From a virus (taxonomy: Duplodnaviria > Caudoviricetes): a stretch of DNA of 64,000 nucleotides. This document shows, in pieces, positions 47,738 to 56,810 of the stretch (the stretch's first letter is position 1; each line of letters starts with the position of its first letter). The notes beneath the pieces are model-generated. The model did no database searches. It had not been told where the DNA came from and saw only the letters and a list, made by a program, of their open reading frames with translations. The translations under genes were made by a program, and so were the position numbers. The stretch is from positions 4,097 through 68,096 of the IMG/VR virus record IMGVR_UViG_3300047160_004333; one strand, written 5' to 3'.

Positions 47738-48182
47738 CGATTGGTCCTCCTATCATCTCTTCGATTTCATTGATGAACTCGTTGTGCTTGGTCCCTGGCA
47801 GGACCTCGGTGAGCACCACGCCCACCACCTTGTCGGCGAGCTTGCGCATGACCTCATAAGGTTGTCGGCGCAGCGACCGGCGGCGCAACTCCAGTTTCTT
47901 GGTCTTGTCGTCGAAGACCAGCTTTGAGTGTGCGGCGCGGATGCACAGGTCATCCATGCCCTCATCTTTGTCCAGGTAGCGCCCGGCCTTTGCCAGCTTC
48001 CAGGCGATAGCCCAGATGAACTTCAATAGCTGCAAGTTGGCCTCGGACCTGATGCCGACAAGGACCTCGCTGTGCATGGGGGCAACCATAAGGTCTTCTT
48101 CGGCCATCTGGTTAGGGGCGAACAGGCCGATCTCCCCCTTGTACAGCGCTGGGCGCTTTATCAGGGTTGTTTCCTGCGCCAT
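47715..48182 (-). CDS. DUF1367/NinB-like recombination-associated protein
   Basis: Follows ERF; pattern resemblance only. Confidence 0.45.
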   Translation of the reverse strand: MAQETTLIKRPALYKGEIGLFAPNQMAEEDLMVAPMHSEVLVGIRSEANLQLLKFIWAIAWKLAKAGRYLDKDEGMDDLCIRAAHSKLVFDDKTKKLELRRRSLRRQPYEVMRKLADKVVGVVLTEVLPGTKHNEFINEIEEMIGGPIDVSERKS

Positions 48183-48241
48183 AGTTCAATTCGCGGCACA
48201 GATCGCGGGCCTTCTGCCGCGAGGTGCATAGTCGATCCTCG

Positions 48242-49429
48242 TCATGTCCTTCCACGTCTACCACCAGGTGTCTGCCCGTCGCCGCGCGTCTGATCCGGTA
48301 CCTCGGTAACGTTGGCATCTGCCACTCCTTCTTGTGTCACTCCTAACTTCGTCTCTGCCCGTCGCAGTTCGATCAGCAGTACTTCGTAGTCGGGGGGCGC
48401 GAACCGGCTTTGCACAGGCTCGATGACCTGCGCCCAGAATGCCTCCAACGCCTCGGGTGTCTGGCAGTCGTTGAGTTGCTGTGCGACCCAGTTGGTCGCC
48501 GCAATTGCATCCTTGGCCGGGTCCGGCATATAGCTTGCGATGTTTTCGGCGGCGGCGACGGCGGCACTGTCGGTCTTGAACTGCTTCAGTCGCAGATTGA
48601 TCGCATCGACGAGGCGATTGTAGTGCTCGTCGAAGCCCTCCTTTAACGAGTTGATGGCATCGTTATTCCGTTTGTCCCAGTCGTGGACTTCTTGTACGGT
48701 CTCGGCTTGGCCGAGCATCGCGATGAAGCGTTCGAGCCACGCATCCGGCCCCTTGCCCGCGCCCATGACGATCTTGTGCGGGGCGATACGGGCATCTTGT
48801 TTTTGTGGACGTGCAGGTACCGTCTCGCGTTTGGGCTTTGGCGGCCTATCGTTGTCGTCGATTTCGGCAATCGGGATCTGAAACAGTCCTATGAGAAAAT
48901 ACTTGCGTGCTTGTGTCCCACACTTGTTCAGCGCTTTATCATCCCATTGCCCTCTGCCATCACGAGCGTTGCTCATGCCGGTTCTGCGGATGGCGGGCTG
49001 CACCTCGCCGGATTCATGGATGACCGTGAACTCATACTTGACAGCCACGCCTGTCTTTTCGATCTGCGTGATTTCGATTTCATCCTGAATGACAGCAAGC
49101 CCGTTTTTTCCCATGAGCGGCGTTAAAGCAGTCAGGACATCTTCGATCCTGGCATACTTGAAATTGAATCCTCGGCCGGGCTCGCCAACCTGTCCGCCTT
49201 TATCGACAATGCCGATCTCAGCTTGGATGGCGGCAATTGCAGCAGCAATCTTTGGAGTGCTTGGGCGCGTGACCTCTGCAGCAACAGCAATCGGTCTGCT
49301 CGAAATACCTACCGGGGTCGGCGGCTCGACCAATAGCGTCTTGCCTTCCGCATCTGTCACGACCGGGGCGGGCGGCATTGCCACTTGCCGGGCTGGGATC
49401 TTGGCGCGCGGGCTGTAGCTGTCGGCCAT
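48242..49429 (-). CDS. erf: ERF-family ssDNA-annealing recombinase
   Basis: IAAAIAAIQAEI..V.K, FKYA..EDV...L.P.M.KNGL, DDKA.NK..T.ARKY.L.GLF.IP. Confidence 0.85.
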   Translation of the reverse strand: MADSYSPRAKIPARQVAMPPAPVVTDAEGKTLLVEPPTPVGISSRPIAVAAEVTRPSTPKIAAAIAAIQAEIGIVDKGGQVGEPGRGFNFKYARIEDVLTALTPLMGKNGLAVIQDEIEITQIEKTGVAVKYEFTVIHESGEVQPAIRRTGMSNARDGRGQWDDKALNKCGTQARKYFLIGLFQIPIAEIDDNDRPPKPKRETVPARPQKQDARIAPHKIVMGAGKGPDAWLERFIAMLGQAETVQEVHDWDKRNNDAINSLKEGFDEHYNRLVDAINLRLKQFKTDSAAVAAAENIASYMPDPAKDAIAATNWVAQQLNDCQTPEALEAFWAQVIEPVQSRFAPPDYEVLLIELRRAETKLGVTQEGVADANVTEVPDQTRGDGQTPGGRRGRT

Positions 49430-49487
49430 AAGTCATTCTCCTGTGCCGGAAACGGCGGGGGTTCTTAAGTGATTCGCGTTAAAGCGC

Positions 49488-49706
49488 TCAAAAGCGATGA
49501 CAGCGGGTGACGACCCTGCCGGTTGTCGTCACATACTGTTCGCAGTTTTCGAATTGATAGTTGGGCTGCGGCGGGATGACGATCATCGGGTCCGGGATCT
49601 GCACTTGCGGCAGCGGCATCATCGGCGAGGTCCGTATCTGCGGTTGGGGAAGCGGAGTGCCGTAGGGACCGCCGGACAGTTGCGCGAGGATGAGTAGGGT
49701 TTCCAT
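49488..49706 (-). CDS. Small Pro-rich hypothetical protein
   Basis: SD GGAGG; hydrophobic N-terminus. Confidence 0.5.
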   Translation of the reverse strand: METLLILAQLSGGPYGTPLPQPQIRTSPMMPLPQVQIPDPMIVIPPQPNYQFENCEQYVTTTGRVVTRCHRF

Positions 49707-49719
49707 GGTGCCACCTCCA

Positions 49720-50634
49720 TTAAACTGCTTTGCTTTCGATCACTACTTCTGTGCCAGGAACTTCGATGCCGTTCCTGATGGTCTTGTCGGCTTCGTGCTG
49801 AACAACGTCACGAATGACCTGAGAGTTGCGGAAGAAGTGCAACACCGCGTCATAGTCTATGATCTTTGCGTAGCGTGTCTCGCGCAGCGACATCGCGCGC
49901 CCGCGCGTGCCTGCGGTTGGCCGTTCGGCCTCTACGGTGAAGCCTGCCGCTGCCGCGCGCTTTTTTGCTTCGAGCGCTGCTCGTGTGGCTTTTTGCAGAA
50001 ACGGCGTGACAAACCTGATCTTCAGGGTTTTGTAGACCTCTGCCGCCTCGATGATCGGGTGCCATTTCTTCTCGACCCGGTCGACCTCCTGTTTAAACGG
50101 CTTGCGTTCCTCGGCAAGCATTTCTTTCGCGAGCTTTTGCAGTTCCGCCAAGCGATCCGCCAGATTCGCGACCTCATCGCAATCAGCCTGGTCGCGGAGA
50201 TTGTCTGGCCCCTTGAGGCGCGCGGCGGCCTCGGACACCAGGGTCTCGACCTCGGTTGCGATATCCTCAAGCGATCCAGGCGCGGGTGGCTTGTTATGGC
50301 CTTGCATTCCGACGAGCGCGGGCTCGTCGTGCCAGAGCTTGCCCTCCTCGGCGACCGCGCGGTACTGCGCCTCGGTAATGGGATTGCTGCAGACCCGTGC
50401 CCAGAGTTCCTCGCCGCGCTCCTTGGTGAGGTCGCGCGCATTATCGCCGCTGCCGACACGACACTGGATGCTTCTGGCATCGTCCAGATAATAGGCAACG
50501 GGCTCGAAAGCTTTCTTGCCCAAATAGCCGTCGCGGATCGGCAGGCGGTAGAACCCGCATTGCGGATCGTCGGGGCTTGCTACCGGCTGCTTGCCCGCGA
50601 TCGCATCGTCCCAAAAGGCCCAAGGATCGGTCAT
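49720..50634 (-). CDS. Coiled-coil phage protein of the recombination module
   Basis: ATGA overlap; GHN.PP and long helical region. Confidence 0.7.
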   Translation of the reverse strand: MTDPWAFWDDAIAGKQPVASPDDPQCGFYRLPIRDGYLGKKAFEPVAYYLDDARSIQCRVGSGDNARDLTKERGEELWARVCSNPITEAQYRAVAEEGKLWHDEPALVGMQGHNKPPAPGSLEDIATEVETLVSEAAARLKGPDNLRDQADCDEVANLADRLAELQKLAKEMLAEERKPFKQEVDRVEKKWHPIIEAAEVYKTLKIRFVTPFLQKATRAALEAKKRAAAAGFTVEAERPTAGTRGRAMSLRETRYAKIIDYDAVLHFFRNSQVIRDVVQHEADKTIRNGIEVPGTEVVIESKAV

Positions 50635-51077
50635 TTTCGCTTCGTTACGGTTCCATCGAAATGGCGGGTACGCGTCTTGTCGAAGCCGCGCGAGCGGATC
50701 TTGCGTTTCTTCCAATCTCGTTCAACGAGCTTCAGATATTTTTGGCAAGCCTCGTGGTCCCATTTGCCATGGGCGTCGGCTATCATCACTTTCATTAGCA
50801 ACTTGTCGCGAATACGCCTGCTCTTGGCGAAGACCTTCGCATCCTGTTTGGTCTTTGCACGGTGCGCCATGATGAGCGTCGGCGAGAGATTCCAATGCTC
50901 GTCATTCTGCGTGAACCTATGCAGCATGTTGTGGTCAAACTCATAGAGCGAAATCACCTGCGCCGGGGTCATCTTCTTGGCGTCCTCATAAGGAATATCG
51001 CCGAGCGCGCGCAGTGCAGCCGCGAGCTTGGTTTCGAGCGAGATGTGTTTGCGTTTAGAAATCAAGGGAATTAACAA
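50631..51077 (-). CDS. Degenerate HNH-like nuclease
   Basis: YEFDH...DEHWNL...HRAKT..D...AKSRR. Confidence 0.55.
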   Translation of the reverse strand: MLIPLISKRKHISLETKLAAALRALGDIPYEDAKKMTPAQVISLYEFDHNMLHRFTQNDEHWNLSPTLIMAHRAKTKQDAKVFAKSRRIRDKLLMKVMIADAHGKWDHEACQKYLKLVERDWKKRKIRSRGFDKTRTRHFDGTVTKRK

Positions 51078-51103
51078 CTAGCTCACCACCCTTCGTCGAT
51101 TCT

Positions 51104-51150
51104 CAAATATCGTGCTTGCTCTGGTGTGTCAACAAGTATATCATTGTGTC
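51104..51150. promoter_or_regulatory. Overlapping divergent sigma70-like promoters
   Basis: (+) TTGCTC-N17-TATCAT 51116-51144; (-) TTGACA(51132-51127)-N17-TATTTG; AT-rich gap between divergent operons. Confidence 0.65.
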
Positions 51151-51262
51151 ATGCGGAAGACCAACAAAATAAGCAATACATAATGATGGGAATTATACTC
51201 CTGCAAACTGTAGATGGGCTACGCCAAAACAGCAGCGAAAATCGCAACGGAATGCACCAGCC

Positions 51263-51457
51263 ATGAGCTTCGTACACATGTCGATGCGGATCGAGCCTGG
51301 ATTGCTCGCGCGCTTACGCCGGGTGGCGCGCAGCGATTACGGCCCGCCAATGTCGAAAATAATATCTAGGGGGATCGAACTTGCGCTTGAGGAGGTTGAA
51401 GAGCAGCGTGATGCTGCTGACGCTGCCACTCCCGCCAAGAGGAAGAGGCGGGCTTAA
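51263..51457 (+). CDS. Ribbon-helix-helix (Arc/CopG-like) regulator
   Basis: Alternating strand VHMSMRI, helix LLARLRRVA, MSKIISRGIELAL. Confidence 0.7.
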   Translation: MSFVHMSMRIEPGLLARLRRVARSDYGPPMSKIISRGIELALEEVEEQRDAADAATPAKRKRRA

Positions 51458-51761
51458 GGCCTGGGAGGCCGCACACGAGCACTGGAGGGCTCGCTGCGAG
51501 GCTTTCTACACGCTGCAATGGCAAGAGCCGATATGCGGTGACTGCACGATCACCGTGCATCTGCCGCGCTCGCGCGCGGACGAGCGGCATGACTGCGCCG
51601 GTCATGCGGTCGAGTGGATGGAGGAGCGCGGATTGCTCGATGACGCGACCGGGGGATCGATCATCAAAATCAGAATCGATGAGCATCTCAGGAAGATGAT
51701 GTGGATAGTGGTGAAAACCAATGAGCCAGCGCTGGAGCGAATACAAGCGACGGCAGAATGA
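51408..51761 (+). CDS. RusA-like resolvase (degenerate)
   Basis: LTLPLPP N-terminus, ITVHLP, D...GLLDD; canonical DxDN motif not intact. Confidence 0.45.
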   Translation: MMLLTLPLPPRGRGGLKAWEAAHEHWRARCEAFYTLQWQEPICGDCTITVHLPRSRADERHDCAGHAVEWMEERGLLDDATGGSIIKIRIDEHLRKMMWIVVKTNEPALERIQATAE

Positions 51762-52242
51762 TTGCTATGAGACGCCAGCGTGGGTCACAGAAGCGCTGGT
51801 GCCATTCCTACCCAATACAGATGACGACATCCTTGATCCGGCCTCGGGCGGTGGCAAGATCGTGCAAGCACTGCGCAAGTGCGGATTGAAAGCGTATGGT
51901 AATGACATTGCCAAGCGCCGTGGCTACGATTTCTTGAAGAAGGCGGACATCTGCTCCTCAGCTATCGTCACCAATCCGCCCTACAATCAGGCGGCCGAGT
52001 TCATCGCTCGCGCTCTCGACATCACCGAGCCGGATGGCTACGTCGCTATGTTGCTGCGCACCGACTTCGATCACGCGCAGACACGCAAGTATTTGTTCGA
52101 GCATCCGGTGTTTTCGAAAAAGATTGTGCTGACCAGACGAATCGTGTGGTTTGAGCGCAAGGGCGCAGCGCCGTCATTTAATCACGCATGGTTCCTGTGG
52201 GACTGGGATCACCAGGGGCCGCCGACGCTGGCGTATGTGTGA
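51721..52242 (+). CDS. N6-adenine/N4-cytosine DNA methyltransferase
   Basis: DCYETP, ILDPASGGG (motif I), IVTNPPY (motif IV). Confidence 0.8.
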   Translation: MSQRWSEYKRRQNDCYETPAWVTEALVPFLPNTDDDILDPASGGGKIVQALRKCGLKAYGNDIAKRRGYDFLKKADICSSAIVTNPPYNQAAEFIARALDITEPDGYVAMLLRTDFDHAQTRKYLFEHPVFSKKIVLTRRIVWFERKGAAPSFNHAWFLWDWDHQGPPTLAYV

Positions 52243-52246
52243 TCCA

Positions 52247-52930
52247 ATGGCTGATGATGATTTCAAACGTCATTTGAACGAGCGCCGGGGACAAAACTAT
52301 GCATCGACGCGGTTGTGGAACAAGGACCCCGACAAGCTTGGGATGGAAGGCGGCGAGCGCATGCTCGCCTGGTACTTCGGGGCAGAGCCAGATCTGCGCA
52401 ATCGACCTGGAGGCGATAAGGGGATTGATTTAGAATTATTGCTGTGTTTCGAAAAAAAACCGGAATGGTCCGAATGGGATGTGAAGACTGCAAACAAGCC
52501 TGGATTCCTTCTCGTTAATACCAAAGACATCAAGCCACATCGTGGTTATGCGCTGTGTGCCCCGTGGGCAAGCACTTGGGAACTGCTCGGCTGGGAATGG
52601 GGCTACAAGCTGATGTTGGAGCCATCTGAGTGGTGGTCCGGGAATGATGCGCTGGTGCATTACAAGGCTCGATATCGGCTTGAACGGATGGATACTCTGA
52701 AAGGGGTCTATTGTGGGCAGTGGCGGCATCACGGGTTGGAAGCGCGACCTGCGAATTATAACCAGCCAAGACCCGAGTTGCCTCCACAACCAGAAATCCA
52801 GCGCCCAAAACCACCCGACCTGCAAGAATGGATCGCCAAGTACGGCGGTTACTGGAATATCCCATGGAAAGAATACGATGATGCGATGAGGCTGTATCAT
52901 GAGAAAAGAAGGTTCGGTGATTCCGAGTAA
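52247..52930 (+). CDS. PD-(D/E)xK-like nuclease-fold protein
   Basis: G.EGGE...GDKGIDL...WDVKT. Confidence 0.55.
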   Translation: MADDDFKRHLNERRGQNYASTRLWNKDPDKLGMEGGERMLAWYFGAEPDLRNRPGGDKGIDLELLLCFEKKPEWSEWDVKTANKPGFLLVNTKDIKPHRGYALCAPWASTWELLGWEWGYKLMLEPSEWWSGNDALVHYKARYRLERMDTLKGVYCGQWRHHGLEARPANYNQPRPELPPQPEIQRPKPPDLQEWIAKYGGYWNIPWKEYDDAMRLYHEKRRFGDSE

Positions 52931-53180
52931 TTGGCAACCGTCGGCCGAGGAGATCCAATACGGTCTCGATCTCGGCTGGACTTGGCTCGACATCAAGGAC
53001 ATGGCCGACGACATGCGGATATGGGCGTTATCGAACGCGCATCGCGAGATCGCGCGCAAGGCAGACTGGCATCAGACGTTTCTGGGTTGGATGCGGCGGG
53101 AGGCGAAGAAAGCGAGGCTCACTCGCCCGCATGAGAAGAGTTACGCCGAGCTTGCCGATGAGTTGAGGCGCAGCAAATGA
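52899..53180 (+). CDS. Stand-alone DnaT-like/initiator C-terminal domain
   Basis: WQPS...KADW..TF..W.RR pattern; directly before the loader-like gene. Confidence 0.5.
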   Translation: MRKEGSVIPSNWQPSAEEIQYGLDLGWTWLDIKDMADDMRIWALSNAHREIARKADWHQTFLGWMRREAKKARLTRPHEKSYAELADELRRSK

Positions 53181-53956
53181 CCCAAGATGTCGCACGCACA
53201 TATCCAGTTGCCCGGCCTGCGCTCGCCAGCCGCGATGTTTCCGATGCCATCGACTATTGCATGTCGGCGGCCGAGAGCGACGGCCAAGGCAAGCTCGAAC
53301 TGCGCAACATGCCGACGCAGCAGGACCGGCAGATGCTCAATGCGCGGGTGCAGAGCCTGCTGGCATCGTTTAAGCAACATGACCGCAAGGACATTGCGAT
53401 TGCGACCATGGATATGTTGGCGAGCTACGATGTTGCTCAGGTCAAGCAGATGACGGCGGCCGAGCGCAAGGAGGCGACGACATTGTATGTGCGGGAATTG
53501 CATGGTGTGCCGACCTGGGCGGTGTGTGAGGCTTGCAATCGTATCCGGCTCGGCAGCGCTCCCGGTATCAGCCATCAGTGGAAACCGACGCCAATCCAGG
53601 TGCGCGTATTAGCCGCGAGCATCATGGAGCCGTGGAAGCGCGAGGCCGCGCAGATCTCAGAAATCCTGCGCGCACCCAGGTTCATCGAGGGGCTGAGCGA
53701 GGAGGAACGTGAGCGTGTCGGCGTCAAGCTGCGGACGTTTGCGGTTGAACTGAAGGAAGCGGTCGTCGTCGAGCGCAGGAAACATGACGCCTTTCTGCAG
53801 CGCTGTGTCGAGCGCTCACACAAGGAGATCGCGCGCCAGTGGGCTTCGCTCGACACGGCGCCGCCCAAGTTCACGGTTTCGGTTACGTTGGCAAGGCAGA
53901 TCGAGGAGCGCAGACGCTCAGAAGCGCAAGTTGCAAATGACCCAGGATACCGTTGA
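53177..53956 (+). CDS. Replication helicase loader-like protein (lambda P-like position)
   Basis: ELHGVPTWAVCEAC...W.PTP..VR. Confidence 0.55.
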   Translation: MTQDVARTYPVARPALASRDVSDAIDYCMSAAESDGQGKLELRNMPTQQDRQMLNARVQSLLASFKQHDRKDIAIATMDMLASYDVAQVKQMTAAERKEATTLYVRELHGVPTWAVCEACNRIRLGSAPGISHQWKPTPIQVRVLAASIMEPWKREAAQISEILRAPRFIEGLSEEERERVGVKLRTFAVELKEAVVVERRKHDAFLQRCVERSHKEIARQWASLDTAPPKFTVSVTLARQIEERRRSEAQVANDPGYR

Positions 53957-54272
53957 CCGGCTTTCCGGCATTGCCATCGCGACGGCTGTCGCCATCATCG
54001 TGGTGACGACGGTGTTCATCGCGGTGGCGAGCGGCGAGGTCACGATGTGCAGCGATTCGTCCTCGCAAGGCCGGGTGCTGTACCGTTATATCCAAGGGCA
54101 GAAGTGTTGGTTTGCCCCCGAGCTTGGCATGCGCCGAGGGCGGGAGAAACCCGCCAGCGAGCTTGCGTGGCCGGACTACCGGCCGTTTGCGCCAGAGCCG
54201 ATCCCGACCGACCGGCCGCCGTGGGCGAAGCCCGATGTGCATGACCCCAGCGGCTGGAGCCACAAGGAATGA
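53937..54272 (+). CDS. Single-TM membrane protein
   Basis: Hydrophobic helix, then Cys-containing domain. Confidence 0.6.
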   Translation: MTQDTVDRLSGIAIATAVAIIVVTTVFIAVASGEVTMCSDSSSQGRVLYRYIQGQKCWFAPELGMRRGREKPASELAWPDYRPFAPEPIPTDRPPWAKPDVHDPSGWSHKE

Positions 54273-54284
54273 TTTCATTTTGCT

Positions 54285-54614
54285 TCAGGGAAGCAGGCAT
54301 TGCTCGCCATAGACCTTCTCCGTGCCACCCCGGCCGCATGACATGTGCCAGGGATTGTCCCGGCAGAACTGAGTATCGGCGGCCGGGTTGCGTGGCTCTT
54401 TCTCGAACCGCGTGATGACGAGACCTCGGCCGTAGATAGTCCAGATCGAGCAGTCGCGGTGAAACGGCCGCCGGGTGCAGAACTCGTAAGCCTGCTTACA
54501 GTTGCTCCAATCCTCCGCCCCCGGTGCCGCCATGAACATCACCAGGAGAGCGCAGACGATGACGGTGATCAGGATGAAGCGCACGAGGAACTCGATCAGG
54601 AGGAGGTTACTCAT
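54285..54614 (-). CDS. Membrane-anchored Cys-rich hypothetical protein
   Basis: N-terminal TM helix. Confidence 0.55.
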   Translation of the reverse strand: MSNLLLIEFLVRFILITVIVCALLVMFMAAPGAEDWSNCKQAYEFCTRRPFHRDCSIWTIYGRGLVITRFEKEPRNPAADTQFCRDNPWHMSCGRGGTEKVYGEQCLLP

Positions 54615-54615
54615 A

Positions 54616-54849
54616 TCAAAACCGCCGATTTCTAGTGTGACAATGTGGACAAGTATAATACCATTCCTTTTTGTATGAACTGTAAGGCATTTTGAGTTTT
54701 GTTTCTATTTTGCAGTTAGGGCAAACAACCATCTCATGTTTGTTGAACTCACGACCACCCGATCTCCCACCCAATCGCTGTCTTGCCCAATTATGTAGAT
54801 CGCCTGCACCGAGTGCTATTCCTGGGGGACATTTTGTGATTTTCACCAT
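54616..54849 (-). CDS. Small Zn-ribbon protein
   Basis: CPNC...CPHC; SD GGAG. Confidence 0.6.
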   Translation of the reverse strand: MVKITKCPPGIALGAGDLHNWARQRLGGRSGGREFNKHEMVVCPNCKIETKLKMPYSSYKKEWYYTCPHCHTRNRRF

Positions 54850-55033
54850 TTGTGTTTCTCAATTCTCCATAGCTCAGGACCTCGCTACTCCCGGCACGAA
54901 TCTTCTTCTCTTGTTTTCTTTCTTTTGGAAAAGAAAGAAGCTCTAGAAAAGAAGGGCCGAAAAAATCGCGAGCTTACGTTAGTCGTGAGTATCCCAGGAT
55001 GCCCCCAATCTCGGAGAGGGCCAGGCCGCCCGG

Positions 55034-55352
55034 CTCGTCACAGTACCTGACGAGAAGCACGCAATACGAAGGTTCCGGTTGTTAGTCCTGGTTGCCAGCA
55101 ACACACACACGTCGCTGCGGTCGAGGTCCAGCCACCGCTCACGTCGCCTCCGGGGTATCCGCTGCCGGACCAGCATCGCCACGCGGAACCGCATCCTGCT
55201 CTCAGTCGGCCATGGGCCGGGAGCGGTGGAAGCGACCGATCAGGTCTTGGCGGGAGGGGGGTTGAGGTGCTATACAGCGGACCTCTGGTCCGATTGTCCC
55301 GCCAAGGTGTAATCGGATTAGCGCCCGTCCAGATAACCACCTGGGCGGGCGC
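55034..55352. ncRNA. Candidate structured RNA / regulatory element
   Basis: Stems 55034-55054, 55246-55306 (10 bp with nested hairpin) and 55321-55352 (12 bp) in a region without a convincing CDS. Confidence 0.4.
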
Positions 55353-55405
55353 GCTCATTTCGGGGTGATTCGTCACAAAAATGCAATCACCGCCGGTAGT
55401 GGCTG

Positions 55406-55490
55406 GGGAAAAAGAACCCCCCACGGCTTGTGGCTATGGGGGGCGCGCGCGGCCTTCTGCGGGAAAAAGAACCCCCCACAGCTTATGGCT
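55406..55490. repeat. 30-bp direct repeat, two copies 55 bp apart
   Basis: GGGAAAAAGAACCCCCCAC(G/A)GCTT(G/A)TGGCT at 55406 and 55461. Confidence 0.9.
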
Positions 55491-55628
55491 GGCGGCGAGG
55501 GCTTGGTGGTGGCAGGCTTCCCATTTGAGGGCTTCCTGCAGATGCGCGATGTACTCTACGGCCCAAAGCAGGGCCTCTTCGTCCTCGCCGTGGGCCGCAA
55601 GAGCCATTTTACGAAGGTGTTCGAGCAT
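55434..55628 (-). CDS. Small hypothetical protein
   Basis: ATG 55628 directly after the last array repeat. Confidence 0.5.
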   Translation of the reverse strand: MLEHLRKMALAAHGEDEEALLWAVEYIAHLQEALKWEACHHQALAASHKLWGVLFPAEGRARPP

Positions 55629-55869
55629 GGGATTTCTTCCCGGCGGTGGCACGCTATTCGGCTGTGGTTTTCTGTGCGTTTTGCGGCGCGCTAGTTTGAA
55701 GCTGGGTTGTTGTCGCTAAGTGGCACGCTAGGAGCTTTTGGGTTTGTTACATTCAATGGCACGCTTCCCCATTTCGGGTTGCTAGGTTTAAGTGGCGCGC
55801 TTCTTCGGTTTGGGTTTCTTTGCGATCCTGGCACGCTCGAATGCCCTGGATTTCTTCTCTCTCCTGGCT
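55628..55869 (-). repeat. TIGR-type guide-RNA array 2 (6 complete units + 1 partial)
   Basis: Minus strand: edge AGCG[T/C]GCCA and loop A(G/C/A)(A/C)AACCC(A/G)-type repeats alternate with unique 9-nt spacers; four 36-nt and two 37-nt units. Confidence 0.92.
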
Positions 55870-56804
55870 TATTCCGCTGCCTGCGAGTGCGGCGGCCTAC
55901 CGAGTTTAGCAACCGCGTAGGGTTCCGTTATGGGTAATCCCTCTAATCTTCTCCAGTTAACCCAGAGATCGGCTAAAAATGCCTTCACCATGTAGCGTTT
56001 GCTTGCGGTGTCGATGCGCTCCGGCGTCCACAAGTGCTTGACATCTTCCCCCGCCTTGCGGCGCTTCTTCCATTCCACGACTGTGCATTTCTCGCGTGCG
56101 GGGTCTGTTTCCAGGCGATGCTTGTAGCCGCGGTAGACCTCGACCCACGGCGATCCTAGCCGCATGAAGGAAGACGCGAGCACAAAGAGCTTCGTCTTCA
56201 GCCACGGGTCGTAGGTCACGCCCATGCGCGTGGCCTCATTGCCATTGCGGTCGATGTACTTGCGCTCGACGAGGTGCTCCTGTCGACGCGAGCGACCGCT
56301 TCCATCGGGGCCGAGGTCGAGCCCGGCGAACTTCCAGAACGAGCTTATGTAGCGTGCCTTGTGCGGATCGAGCGTGGTGATGAGCACACCCGCCATTGGC
56401 GGGCCGATGCCGCGTTGGTCCTTGAGGTAGTGCTGCCAGATCGGCACCTCCTCAATGAGTTCGCCGAGGAGCTTGAACTGCCGCTCCTCCTCCTTCTTCA
56501 TCTGTTCGAACTGGTGGTACAACACCAATTCGGCGTAGGTAGAGATAAGCTCCTCACCAACGAAGTCCTCGCGCCTGGGGATCTCGCGCCTGCGCGCCAG
56601 TCCTTCGGTGAGCTTGCCGTATTCGGCCTTTAGCCGGTCGATGATCTTCTCGGCCTCCTTCTTTTTGGCCTCCGCGTCCTCGCTTTCTGCTTCCTCGGTG
56701 AGCCCGAGCTTGGCACGAAAGTTTGCGGCTAAGCGCAGGCCCATCTGCATACGCAGCATTTGCAGGTCGTAACATCCTCGCACCATTGCTTTGATTTCAG
56801 ACAT
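55869..56804 (-). CDS. tasA: TasA-like protein: coiled coil + Nop/IS110 RNA-binding domain, no nuclease domain
   Basis: IWQHYL...RGIGP..A..L...SFWKFAGL, Y.P.LKT.L, H/R..A.R..VK.FL.DLW..WR..EGL; lacks N-terminal RuvC (DEDD) and HNH; flanked by arrays. Confidence 0.85.
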   Translation of the reverse strand: MSEIKAMVRGCYDLQMLRMQMGLRLAANFRAKLGLTEEAESEDAEAKKKEAEKIIDRLKAEYGKLTEGLARRREIPRREDFVGEELISTYAELVLYHQFEQMKKEEERQFKLLGELIEEVPIWQHYLKDQRGIGPPMAGVLITTLDPHKARYISSFWKFAGLDLGPDGSGRSRRQEHLVERKYIDRNGNEATRMGVTYDPWLKTKLFVLASSFMRLGSPWVEVYRGYKHRLETDPAREKCTVVEWKKRRKAGEDVKHLWTPERIDTASKRYMVKAFLADLWVNWRRLEGLPITEPYAVAKLGRPPHSQAAE

Positions 56805-56810
56805 GGGAAT

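Noticed and set aside
48112-48318. 68-aa minus-strand ORF
   Set aside because: Overlaps both erf and the 47715 gene in another frame; only a 19-codon ORF fits the gap
54850-55430. tRNA or tmRNA gene
   Set aside because: No cloverleaf with a TTC loop and CCA end could be assembled by eye
55691-55937. ORFs 55691-55912(-) and 55707-55937(+) with periodic motifs
   Set aside because: Shadows of array 2; the 37-nt units break the reading-frame periodicity
55869-56804. Active IS110 insertion sequence
   Set aside because: No N-terminal DEDD/RuvC domain and no IS ends recognised; flanked by guide arrays instead
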